Shown piece by piece: positions 8,940 through 17,917 of a stretch of 42,228 bases of DNA. Under the pieces are notes generated by a model. It was not told where the DNA came from and did no database searches. It was given only the letters and a program-made list of their open reading frames with translations. This DNA is from a virus. Taxonomy: Duplodnaviria > Heunggongvirae > Uroviricota > Caudoviricetes. Positions within the stretch are counted from its first letter, which is position 1; each line of letters begins with the position of its first letter. A program made the position numbers and the translations under genes. The stretch lies in the IMG/VR virus record IMGVR_UViG_648861009_000010, one strand, 5' to 3'.

Positions 8940-8959
8940 AAGCACATCAGGAGTTTTCC

Positions 8960-9400
8960 TTGAAGTTTAACATTAGAATATCTAATAGTTTTCTACATGG
9001 GGAAAGCAACACCCCTTTCGCTGTAGACGGACCTTTCCTTACTGATGATGAAATAAAAATCATACAAAGTTTTTTAGAGGATGTTGCCAATGGAAGGGCG
9101 CTTGTTGGAAAAAACAAGCCCTCGTGGGTTGATGATAACCATGATAAAATTCCCGGCTCAGACAATTATGAGCAAGAGAATTATTGGCATTATCATTGTG
9201 GGCCAACATGGTATCCAAACACATTTAAGAATTATACCATTAACTTAAATTTCAACCCTGGCGGAAGGCATTCTAATGAATGCATTCATTATGCAAAAAA
9301 TGATAATGAAATTGTCATTGTTGGATTTTCAAGAGAACACATACCTTTCCTTTCATCAGATGGAAACAACAATCCGCTTTTTAATGATGAAGAAGAATAG
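8960..9400 (+). CDS. Unknown 147-aa protein with His/Cys-containing motifs, second gene of the AT-rich moron
   Basis: Open frame with no internal Met; likely TTG start at 8960 with SD AGGAG 6 nt upstream (the ATG at 8819 overlaps ORF 8772 and lacks an RBS); motifs YWHYHCGP and HSNECIHYAK; all four Arg codons are AGA/AGG; strong terminator follows. Confidence 0.55.
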   Translation: MKFNIRISNSFLHGESNTPFAVDGPFLTDDEIKIIQSFLEDVANGRALVGKNKPSWVDDNHDKIPGSDNYEQENYWHYHCGPTWYPNTFKNYTINLNFNPGGRHSNECIHYAKNDNEIVIVGFSREHIPFLSSDGNNNPLFNDEEE

Positions 9401-9423
9401 CCCGCGCTGCGGGCTTTTTTGTG
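9401..9423 (+). terminator. Rho-independent terminator ending the moron
   Basis: gcccgcg-ctg-cgggc hairpin followed by TTTTTTGTG. Confidence 0.8.
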
Positions 9424-9493
9424 GGCGAAACAAAAGTCAGTGCTACACTCATTGACGCCACATTGAGGTGGCTTATAGATGGAAATTTCACAA

Positions 9494-9654
9494 TGAAAAA
9501 AGCATTTGCTGCACTGTTCGTTTTGTTGTCTCTGGTAGCTTCAACTCAGGCCTTTGCCGGTCGTTGTCAGCACGACAGCGACACTGCTGCTGACGGCTCC
9601 CGCTGCGGTGGGCGTTCTGCGGATTCCCGCCCGGGTGGCGGTGGCATTCGTTAA
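9494..9654 (+). CDS. Possible small secreted peptide (53 aa)
   Basis: Classic signal peptide MKKAFAALFVLLSLVASTQAFA then Gly/Arg/Asp-rich tail; weak RBS; the 3' end overlaps a hairpin that looks like the terminator of the convergent lipoprotein gene. Confidence 0.35.
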
Positions 9655-9677
9655 AAACAAGGCCGCGAAAGCGGCCT

Positions 9678-9689
9678 GTGACATGTCAC
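9678..9689. promoter_or_regulatory. 12-bp perfect palindrome GTGACATGTCAC (copy 1 of 3)
   Basis: Exact 12-mer, also at 27819-27830 and 30084-30095; sits at a convergent gene junction. Confidence 0.45.
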
Positions 9690-9692
9690 GAC

Positions 9693-10106
9693 TTATAAAG
9701 ATGACTGATATTTTACAACTCTGTTCATGGCATCTTTTTTCACCGAGCTGATATCAGTTCTTATTTTGGCTTCGTCATTACTGCTTATCATGCTATTAAT
9801 TTTTTGCACTGACATGCCGTTTCTTTCAGCCATTGCACATACAGCAGCATCGTATGAAGAACTCGCTGCGATGGATATCACCTTGTTACACTCAAACACA
9901 GCACCTTCAGCAATATCAGATGCCGATGAGGCTGGCTTGGTATAAGTCTTGACGTAGTGATCAATACAACTATCCTTCGCCGTCTTGGCAAGAGAAAAAT
10001 CCATTTTAACTTTGTCGCAATATGCCTTATCAACACCGTCATAAACATCATAGGATGTCGAGCAAGCGGATATCAAAAATACCGATAACAGCAATAATTC
10101 CTTCAT
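9693..10106 (-). CDS. AT-rich phage lipoprotein; candidate superinfection-exclusion / lysogenic-conversion moron
   Basis: 137 aa; lipobox LISAC after a hydrophobic signal; SD AGGA 6 nt upstream; terminal gene after the ejection-protein genes; uses AGA for Arg. Confidence 0.6.
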   Translation of the reverse strand: MKELLLLSVFLISACSTSYDVYDGVDKAYCDKVKMDFSLAKTAKDSCIDHYVKTYTKPASSASDIAEGAVFECNKVISIAASSSYDAAVCAMAERNGMSVQKINSMISSNDEAKIRTDISSVKKDAMNRVVKYQSSL

Positions 10107-10115
10107 TGTTGTTCC

Positions 10116-12590
10116 TTATTGCGGAGTGACATCCTGAGGTCGCCACCAGTATGTCTGGTTAAACTCTTTCTTCGAACGTTGCTCCATTTTACGCAAATAG
10201 CCTGGTGAAAAATACTCCTGCATCTGATTAAAGATCATGTGATCGAGAGCCGCCTTCAAGTACCAGAGATTCGCACCAGGCATCAAACCTTTCCCAAGCT
10301 TAACCAGATCACCACCAGTCTGCTCATTCTTCCCTTCCACAGCATTTAACGGTATGCCCTGAGCAATCTTCACTACGTCATCAACCAGACCAGCTACCGG
10401 GCCAAGCATCGACGCTAGTGCGCCGCTCCCGTACCTGGTATGGTCAGAGAAAAGAAAATCACCATACAACCCTGCCCCACCACCTTTTAAAAATGCATTT
10501 ATCCAGAATTTAACCATGTTGTCACCGGTCATTTCTTTTGGATTTCTCCCATTAATAAGATCAGTAATCTGCATGGAAAGAGCACCAAGCATGGTTGTGC
10601 TTGCTAAAAACGTTGCTATATATGCCGCACGCCCACCAGCAGACGGCATCCCCATAGCTCTATGCCAGTGACGCATAACTACCGAGATAGGGAACGATTT
10701 AAACAGGAAAACACTTCTCGTTAATTCACCTTTCCATGTTCCACGCTGAAGACCAGACCCTACGAACATCTGTTCACGTGCGCCCGGTGTAATAACAGCC
10801 ATATCAACTTCTTCAGTTACGGCACCGAGCAGTTTACGCATTGCCTCAAATTTCACGCGTTCAGGCTCACCAAGATGTTTAACTGCTGAATCAGGGATAC
10901 GCATAATGCTTTCCGGTGTCAGCATCGTATTATTACCGTTCCCCCAGTCCTCCTGTTGCGCCAGCTTCCATACGCTCCAGTCTGTGTCAGTAATCCCTTT
11001 GCTTTTCAGGATACGAAAATCAGAGTCATCGAGGCTACGAAGGTCTGGTGTCCGTGACACTACTTCTCCCAGGCTTCCCATCATGGTTACGCCATAGGCG
11101 CGCTTGTGCGCATCTGACCATGCTGTAAGCCCACTGGCACGCATTACCGCCGTTGCCGCCCAACGAGACACAGACGGCCCCATATTATCCATCGCCCAGC
11201 GGTTAACGCTGCCAAGTAGAGATTCCATCGCCAGGCCAGCGCGGCGCGCCCGCGCAAGTTCTGTACGGTTCGTTGGGTCCATAGCTTCAAGCTGGTTGCG
11301 AAATAACTGGTTCATTGGAAGGTTGGTAACCTTCGCAGACAGATACATGGTTCCAAGATCAGAGAACGATGACAGCAACGCGGATCCGAGTCTGCTGGCA
11401 ACCAGCCAGTTGCGGATATTGTCAGACCATCGCGCGATGTGCGGATTCGCTACAGGCTGTGTTTTTCCGGAAATAAAGTTGTACAAGTTCTCTGTTTTGT
11501 TCGCCAGACGCTCGACGCTACCGGTTTTACTCGGGTTAGCTGTTGCCGTTTCTGCCTTAACCTGATCAAGAAGGGAGCGGAAAACATGATCGGGGTTTGG
11601 GCCATATGTTTCCACCAGCGCAATATCTTTACTGATACCTTCCAGGTGACCGACCATGATTTCCCATAGAGAGCGATCGCCATAAAGTTGCTGATATTGC
11701 AGATAGGAATCTGCATCTTTGAAATGTATCTGTCGTGATGCATTACCACGGTTAGCACGTGCTCCGGAAATTCGCATTCCGGTGTCAGTAAGCTTATTCA
11801 GCCCACCAGTAGCGATCGTGTTATAAGCCTCTCCAAGAAATGCAGACAACTCGGCATCGTTCATCAGTTGTCCATCGGCTCGGGTATAATATTTGCGATC
11901 CAGCTTACCTATAACATCGCTAACCCATTTATCTTTTGATACCGCCCCAACCTTTTCCATAGAATGATGTTGAGGGATCCCCCAGTTTTCGAGATAGCCA
12001 ATGTCCCCACCAGCATCATTAAACCGGCGGCGAAGTAGATCTGTCACTTCTCTCCACGCCTTAGCACCTTTTCTTGCTTTAGCATTGCCAGTATTTTGCC
12101 CTCGCATTTCATATACCAGGTCACGCACGCCCGCTTCATCTTCAAACAGGCCAAAAAAGCGAGGATCAACTGCTTCAAATGCCTCCTGCAATTGACTCAA
12201 TGCATAATCACGAGTGGCTTTTGTTCTGGATTCAACAGAGAGGAAATTCGATTTACCGTCTGCATTAAAAGCAATAGTACGGTTAAGAGCGCCAAGTTTC
12301 CCATCAGCCCCTTGATAGTTATTGATAAATTTATCCAATCTCTGACGTGCGGCTATAGTGAGGGCCACACGACGTTTCTTTAATGCCGCTTCTCGCTGTA
12401 ATTCTTCAGATGCCAATTGTGCTGCACGATACAACCGTTCTGATTCGGAAAGTTGTCGCCACGACATCTGGTCATCACGAGCAATGGAGCGCATATTTCG
12501 ATAAATGCGGTCTTCAATGTTCTGTATTTCTCGCGCCGTTAACGTGCGCTGCGCCGCCTGCTGGACCGCTTGTATACATTCCTGTCTCAT
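10116..12590 (-). CDS. Large internal virion / ejection protein (T7 gp16-like position)
   Basis: 824-aa ORF in the structural gene run, tightly packed with neighbours; function by position only. Confidence 0.5.
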   Translation of the reverse strand: MRQECIQAVQQAAQRTLTAREIQNIEDRIYRNMRSIARDDQMSWRQLSESERLYRAAQLASEELQREAALKKRRVALTIAARQRLDKFINNYQGADGKLGALNRTIAFNADGKSNFLSVESRTKATRDYALSQLQEAFEAVDPRFFGLFEDEAGVRDLVYEMRGQNTGNAKARKGAKAWREVTDLLRRRFNDAGGDIGYLENWGIPQHHSMEKVGAVSKDKWVSDVIGKLDRKYYTRADGQLMNDAELSAFLGEAYNTIATGGLNKLTDTGMRISGARANRGNASRQIHFKDADSYLQYQQLYGDRSLWEIMVGHLEGISKDIALVETYGPNPDHVFRSLLDQVKAETATANPSKTGSVERLANKTENLYNFISGKTQPVANPHIARWSDNIRNWLVASRLGSALLSSFSDLGTMYLSAKVTNLPMNQLFRNQLEAMDPTNRTELARARRAGLAMESLLGSVNRWAMDNMGPSVSRWAATAVMRASGLTAWSDAHKRAYGVTMMGSLGEVVSRTPDLRSLDDSDFRILKSKGITDTDWSVWKLAQQEDWGNGNNTMLTPESIMRIPDSAVKHLGEPERVKFEAMRKLLGAVTEEVDMAVITPGAREQMFVGSGLQRGTWKGELTRSVFLFKSFPISVVMRHWHRAMGMPSAGGRAAYIATFLASTTMLGALSMQITDLINGRNPKEMTGDNMVKFWINAFLKGGGAGLYGDFLFSDHTRYGSGALASMLGPVAGLVDDVVKIAQGIPLNAVEGKNEQTGGDLVKLGKGLMPGANLWYLKAALDHMIFNQMQEYFSPGYLRKMEQRSKKEFNQTYWWRPQDVTPQ

Positions 12591-12595
12591 TTAAT

Positions 12596-14398
12596 TTAAC
12601 CTCTCAAGAAACACGCCACAGCGACATCAAACAGGCTGGAATCCTGTATTGCCTGCTCACTTTCCCTGTTCGCTTCATCCAGTACTTCACGCGCGCTGCG
12701 CGATTGTGGATTACCATCATCATCCAGCACGGTGATTATCATGTCAGGTGATTCAAGCAGCGAGTCTTCAGCTATGCGCAGATCAACATCTCCTGCCTGA
12801 TCCGCCATCATTTTTTGTTCTGCCTGTTGCAATATTTTATCAGGCTCAAAAGGAGCTACTTCGTCTGGCGTCCTGACCTCTGCTGTTTTATAGAATGAAA
12901 CAGCCTGAGCATTAAGTTCACTTTCAGCCTGCTGTCTCCGTGTCAGTTCTGCTCGAGCTTCAAAAAACTGACCGCCAGGCTCATGCGGTGCCAACGCGTT
13001 ACGGGAAAATTCCAGGCGTTCTTGTGCCTGCCGGATTCGTTGGTCAATATCGCGAAGTCTGACCTGTTTATCTGATCGAGCACGAGACAAAGATTTACCG
13101 CTACCGGTTGGCTCTTCTGCAAGAATTTGTGCGCGCTGTTCAGTGAGATTTTCAATAATTCGTTGGCTATTAGCGATTTCAGACTGGTAAACCTGTCTAT
13201 CGCCACGCGGCAAAAGCTGCGCGGCCTGTTCTTCAAGCAACCGATTTTCTATAGCGCGCGCCGTTACTCCATCATCTACAGATGACAGAGCCTCATTAAC
13301 TGCCTGAGACAGCAGACTCTTGCGCCCAGGAATTTCACTGAAAGATGCAGACTCAACAATGCTGGCAACGTCTACAGGTCTCCCCTGGCTAACATCAGAC
13401 ATAGCTTTTCGCAGAGCCTGAATGTGAGAATTGCGCGAAAGCACGTTGATCGGCACGCCGGGCGCAATATCAATTTCAGCATGATGAGCGGCATTCGCCG
13501 CCAGTGCAGCATCAACATCAACTGGTGAAAAATTTGGTGCGCTTGTAGACTCGCCGCGAGAGTTAATAAATCTGCCGACACCACCAAACGCCACTCCAAG
13601 AACAGCATCAATAGCAATTGCCTGTCGATCCAACACATCATACTGGTTAGCCATTTCGCTATAGCCACCATCACGAAGCGTTTTTGCAGTAAGCCCACGC
13701 TGTGCCATACCGAACGCAATATTTGTACCTGCGGCATAGGCAATATCTGGCGTTGCACGTACTGCTGTTGCTGCGGCGCGTCGCACTGAACTTTCACCCG
13801 TCCGCGCAAGCTGGGCCGCCACACCTTCCGCCAGCGCACCACCAGCACGTAACCCGAGGCTCATAGGGATCAGTGTTCCGGCACCAGCAGTAATACCCTG
13901 CACTAATCCTGCTTCCTGCGCCGTCCTAAAATCAACACCCTGTGCTGTCAGCCGTTCAAACTCAGAAAAACCCTGTAGCGAAGTTACCGCCGCTGCACCT
14001 CCGACCGGACCACCGAGCGTTGTACCGACAACAGCCTGCCCGCCCATATCGAACAACCCATAAAGAACCTGCCCGGCGGTTCCGGTTGTCGCCGCATCAG
14101 GCGTCAGCCGCTTAACCTGCTGCTCTGCTAGTTTTCTCTGCTCGGCAATGTATGAAACTGAAGTGTCATTGAGCGAGGTGTTTTCGTTAACAAACTGAGC
14201 AATCGGGGATACGATTTTATCCATCCCTGCCCATAGCAACTGATCTGGCTTTGCCACCAGCCCGGAGTACAAACCAGACAATGCCGATCCTACAGCATTG
14301 TCGAAAAAACCAACATCGCTGTTAAAGCCAGCTGGATTTGATGCTGCTTCGTCAAGCTGCTGATTCTGGTTTACTGGATTAAGGCCAAAGTAACTCAT
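12596..14398 (-). CDS. Internal virion / ejection protein, Gly/Ala-rich
   Basis: 600-aa ORF; start overlaps the stop of the upstream gene; function by position only. Confidence 0.5.
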   Translation of the reverse strand: MSYFGLNPVNQNQQLDEAASNPAGFNSDVGFFDNAVGSALSGLYSGLVAKPDQLLWAGMDKIVSPIAQFVNENTSLNDTSVSYIAEQRKLAEQQVKRLTPDAATTGTAGQVLYGLFDMGGQAVVGTTLGGPVGGAAAVTSLQGFSEFERLTAQGVDFRTAQEAGLVQGITAGAGTLIPMSLGLRAGGALAEGVAAQLARTGESSVRRAAATAVRATPDIAYAAGTNIAFGMAQRGLTAKTLRDGGYSEMANQYDVLDRQAIAIDAVLGVAFGGVGRFINSRGESTSAPNFSPVDVDAALAANAAHHAEIDIAPGVPINVLSRNSHIQALRKAMSDVSQGRPVDVASIVESASFSEIPGRKSLLSQAVNEALSSVDDGVTARAIENRLLEEQAAQLLPRGDRQVYQSEIANSQRIIENLTEQRAQILAEEPTGSGKSLSRARSDKQVRLRDIDQRIRQAQERLEFSRNALAPHEPGGQFFEARAELTRRQQAESELNAQAVSFYKTAEVRTPDEVAPFEPDKILQQAEQKMMADQAGDVDLRIAEDSLLESPDMIITVLDDDGNPQSRSAREVLDEANRESEQAIQDSSLFDVAVACFLRG

Positions 14399-16908
14399 TG
14401 CGGAATATCTCCGGAGAATCTCTGACGCTTCTGTGTCAGATTAAGAACAACGGGAGAACCATCATCTTTCAGCAGATAACCAGTACCAAGTTTCACCAGG
14501 TACTGACTATCGCCGTAACTTTGCAAACCATACTGACCAGGCGGTGTTTTTATCCCGGAGCCGACAACTTGTTCATTCCAAGCCTGATTAACCTGCTTAT
14601 CGAATTGCTCTGCAGACATTCCCCACGGCAAAAGGACATTCCCCATTCCGTTATAGTCATGCACGCCACCTGTAGCTACGTTAACAGCCTGTTTCCAGAC
14701 ATCATTGTCAATTTCGCCTGATACCACGCCTTTTTTCGCCATCACACCAGCGTAATAGTCCTTTGCGATCTCGTATGCCATTGATGCCCCCTGAGCATCA
14801 CCAGCAAATGCATCCTTCACCATGTCAGAAAACTCAAGGCGGAGATCAGCATCTTTAGGCATCGGAATACCTTTCGCGTCATCAGTACCTTTACGAGCCG
14901 CCGCGCCAGCAAGAATTGTCTGCGCAGCGGTTTCAGGAGACACGGAAACATCCGGATTAAACCAGTTTTTTTCTGCCAAAATACCACCTGGCTTATCCAT
15001 CAGTATCCCGGCAACGGCAGCAGATGGAGCGTTGGCACTGATCTGCTGTAGTGCTGACATATACACCTGCCCACCACCAGTGCTCTGCCTGATGGTATCG
15101 AGATATGCTGCCTGTTGGGAAACGGGCGCATCACGAAAGAAAACACCGATCTGATTGGCCTCGTCTTTGGAAAAGAACGTCAGTGGAGTGCCATATGACT
15201 TAGCAAGGTCACTGACCTGAGTAGCACGCAAGGCAACGCTCTGTCCAAAGTTATCCTTATTGCTCATGTCGATAGGCTTTGCCTGTCCGGCGGCAAGAGA
15301 GAACTGTACAGGATCAGCCTGTCGCTGCTTTATCACCTGACTTGCAGCCGACACAACGTTGTCATAAAGAGCGGCTCGTGCCGCATAACCCTCCCCTGTC
15401 TCACCAGTATCCGGGCGTAATTGCTCAACATATGCTGTAATGCTGCTTGTCGGCATGTTGCGGAAAGAGCCTATATACTGTCCGGCGATTTGCGTATTTC
15501 TGAACTCGGTATATCGCAGGTTTCCTTCTCTGACTCCATAAGCTGCAATAAAATCAGCCTCACCAGGTGGGTTAGGAAATTCAACGCCACGCATATACGC
15601 AGCTGTCGCATCGCGAACCTGGCTGTCAATCATCGTTTTATATTCAGCCTGCTGCTGCCGACGCAGTTGATCCGCCTGTCGCATAAAACTTGCCTGCGCC
15701 TCAGGAGATGCCGCATCGAATGCTGCATTACCGGTATAGCGTTTGGTGTTGGTTGGAATTGTTGATAAACCAAGTGCTGCACTGACACCAGCAGTTAACT
15801 GCTGATCACTGTATGGCTGGCTACCGTTCTCATGATGGATAATGGCTGCACAAAGCGCCTTCAGGGTATCAGGATTAGATGCATCGAGAGGCTCATCAGC
15901 AGAAACGCCAAGTTGTTCGCACACTGCTTTGATATACGACATAGTGTCATTTTTATCAGTAGGCGGTGCCCAGCGATTAATTATCTCGCTGACGGTATCA
16001 ATACCCTGCCTCTGATACGACATCAGGTTCCGCCCTAATGCACGAATCCCGTGTTCAGGTGTTTCGAATTTAGCAAATCGACCATCATCACCGGTCTGGC
16101 CTACCCACGGATTAGTTTTGCTGTATTCGAGATTTCCTGGGTTATTGTTGCGTATGCCACGGGCACGCTCGGAAGAGTCACTATCTGCTACAGCACGGCG
16201 AGCTCCAGCAGCAGTATCACTTAACTCGCCATTACTTTGGATGAATGCGGTCGCATTGTTTGCCGACCACTGGGACAATGCAGCATCAGCAACCTTCTCT
16301 TTAAACTCGATTTTCTTGGCCTGGATTTGCTCGTCACTCCAGCCATGTGCAATGCCGTAATCCTCAATTTGCTGGAAAGTTTGCTTATTAGCCAATACGT
16401 ATGCGGCGTTGTCGCCATACAATGCTGCGGCATTTTTACCATTGTTCAGCAGCGTAACCTGAAACTGGCCTTCTTCGTAGGCATTTATTTGCCCTATCTC
16501 GTGCCGCCCTGCCTGCGTAGTGAACTGAATGCGCTGCTGCTGCGCCTGCTGCATGAAAGCATTACGAGCCTGTTCATCCGGCAGCGACATAGCCAGTTGT
16601 TCGACCTGAGCATCAAACTGCTGCGTATACTCCTGACCTTTTCCAATAGCATTTTTCCCTTTCAGGTTAAGCAAACCTGTTTCAGGGTTATTCAGCAGAT
16701 CGCTGCCTGTCTGACTGAGTTTAAGGGATGCCTCCTGAACCAAGGCAATATTGGCACGCTGTTTTTCCTGACCAAAAACATCAATAGCCTCTGCCCCTGC
16801 CCGAACAAAAGCATCACCAATACCTGGCTGAGAAAACGTCTGCAAGCCTGCTGACTGAACTCCACGGCTCTGAACCTGACGGCCGGATACTGTTGGTACG
16901 ACTGGCAT
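14395..16908 (-). CDS. Internal virion protein (T7 gp15-like position) with a conserved NNPGN-containing domain
   Basis: ATG at 16908 overlapping the upstream stop (TAATG) with SD GGAGG (the 862-aa track ORF starts further upstream); domain RGIRNNNPGNLEYSKTNPWVGQTGDDGRFAKFETPEHGIRALGRNLMSYQRQGIDTVSEII. Confidence 0.5.
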   Translation of the reverse strand: MPVVPTVSGRQVQSRGVQSAGLQTFSQPGIGDAFVRAGAEAIDVFGQEKQRANIALVQEASLKLSQTGSDLLNNPETGLLNLKGKNAIGKGQEYTQQFDAQVEQLAMSLPDEQARNAFMQQAQQQRIQFTTQAGRHEIGQINAYEEGQFQVTLLNNGKNAAALYGDNAAYVLANKQTFQQIEDYGIAHGWSDEQIQAKKIEFKEKVADAALSQWSANNATAFIQSNGELSDTAAGARRAVADSDSSERARGIRNNNPGNLEYSKTNPWVGQTGDDGRFAKFETPEHGIRALGRNLMSYQRQGIDTVSEIINRWAPPTDKNDTMSYIKAVCEQLGVSADEPLDASNPDTLKALCAAIIHHENGSQPYSDQQLTAGVSAALGLSTIPTNTKRYTGNAAFDAASPEAQASFMRQADQLRRQQQAEYKTMIDSQVRDATAAYMRGVEFPNPPGEADFIAAYGVREGNLRYTEFRNTQIAGQYIGSFRNMPTSSITAYVEQLRPDTGETGEGYAARAALYDNVVSAASQVIKQRQADPVQFSLAAGQAKPIDMSNKDNFGQSVALRATQVSDLAKSYGTPLTFFSKDEANQIGVFFRDAPVSQQAAYLDTIRQSTGGGQVYMSALQQISANAPSAAVAGILMDKPGGILAEKNWFNPDVSVSPETAAQTILAGAAARKGTDDAKGIPMPKDADLRLEFSDMVKDAFAGDAQGASMAYEIAKDYYAGVMAKKGVVSGEIDNDVWKQAVNVATGGVHDYNGMGNVLLPWGMSAEQFDKQVNQAWNEQVVGSGIKTPPGQYGLQSYGDSQYLVKLGTGYLLKDDGSPVVLNLTQKRQRFSGDIPQ

Positions 16909-17453
16909 TATAATCCTCCGGGTAATCTGGTTCCTGCTGCTGCCCCGATTGGCGCAGGGGTGCTTTGAGTAAACGGACTCCACGTCCCACCAAACATCTG
17001 GTACGCACCGTATGCCTTCAGAGGCGCAGTGAGCAATGTTGTTACTGCTCCCACATTCCCCTGTTTACGGGCTGAACTGGCTTCTGCTTTATAGTTGGCA
17101 GCCTGAACCTGATAACCGTAAGCCTCGCGTTGCGCGTTATTCACCGTCGTCAGAGAATCAAGAGCGCCAAACTGGGCAGTGTCGCCAAATATATCCAGCG
17201 CGTTACCTGTAGATAAATCAGCGCCGGTAGCCCCCATTGTCGCCGCCTGTGTACCAAGCCGCTGTCGGGTCTCTCTGCGCCGTTGCTCAGCTTCAGCGTT
17301 ACCTCTGTTTATTGCATCATTTGCCTGAGCTGTGGCTATATCTGCGTTCGCTTCTGCAACCTTCGAGGCATACTTTCCCTGTTGGTACTGGGTGTATGCC
17401 TGAATGCCACTCATGGCGAGCATTGCGCCACCAGCAATAACCGGATCGCACAT
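16908..17453 (-). CDS. Internal virion protein (T7 gp14-like position)
   Basis: 181-aa ORF, Ala/Gln-rich, translationally coupled to neighbours. Confidence 0.45.
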   Translation of the reverse strand: MCDPVIAGGAMLAMSGIQAYTQYQQGKYASKVAEANADIATAQANDAINRGNAEAEQRRRETRQRLGTQAATMGATGADLSTGNALDIFGDTAQFGALDSLTTVNNAQREAYGYQVQAANYKAEASSARKQGNVGAVTTLLTAPLKAYGAYQMFGGTWSPFTQSTPAPIGAAAGTRLPGGL

Positions 17454-17917
17454 TATTTTCTCTCCATGTGAAATCTGTGGAAATTAAGACCAAGAGCACC
17501 ATAAGGCGCGGCTTCTTCAAGCCTGAATCCAAGCCAGTGCAGCCATGCTTTGGCAACATGGTTTCGCTCGTCGACATAGTTTTCCAGGCGCGGATAAACT
17601 GCCAGCATCTGCTGCAATACAGGGCGGCAGTGGCGAAGAAATGTCTTCTGATATTTTTCGATACGGCTGGTTCCGACCAGCCAGGGCGTACCATTGCCAC
17701 CGATCATTGACGCCGGAGATACGCCAAACATGGTTACCAGTTCTCCGTTCGCAAATCCTGACCAGGCCATAGTCGCAGTACGCAGACCAACACGCAGCGC
17801 ATCTTCGGTAGTCATCAGTGATACCGCATACAGTTCGTCAATATCAGCCTGACGAACATCCGGCAAAATCATCTGAAGATGCTCTTCGGTTGCGGGAATA
17901 ATTTGAACATCGATCAT
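17453..17917 (-). CDS. Small virion-assembly protein (T7 gp13-like position)
   Basis: 154-aa ORF between tail tubular B-like and gp14-like genes. Confidence 0.4.
   Translation of the reverse strand: MIDVQIIPATEEHLQMILPDVRQADIDELYAVSLMTTEDALRVGLRTATMAWSGFANGELVTMFGVSPASMIGGNGTPWLVGTSRIEKYQKTFLRHCRPVLQQMLAVYPRLENYVDERNHVAKAWLHWLGFRLEEAAPYGALGLNFHRFHMERK

Noticed and set aside
8819-9400. Using ATG 8819 as the start of the 147-aa moron protein
   Set aside because: It overlaps the 55-aa ORF (which has a consensus SD) in another frame, lacks an RBS, and the extra 47 residues are Trp/Cys/Arg-rich; the start at 8960 has a proper SD
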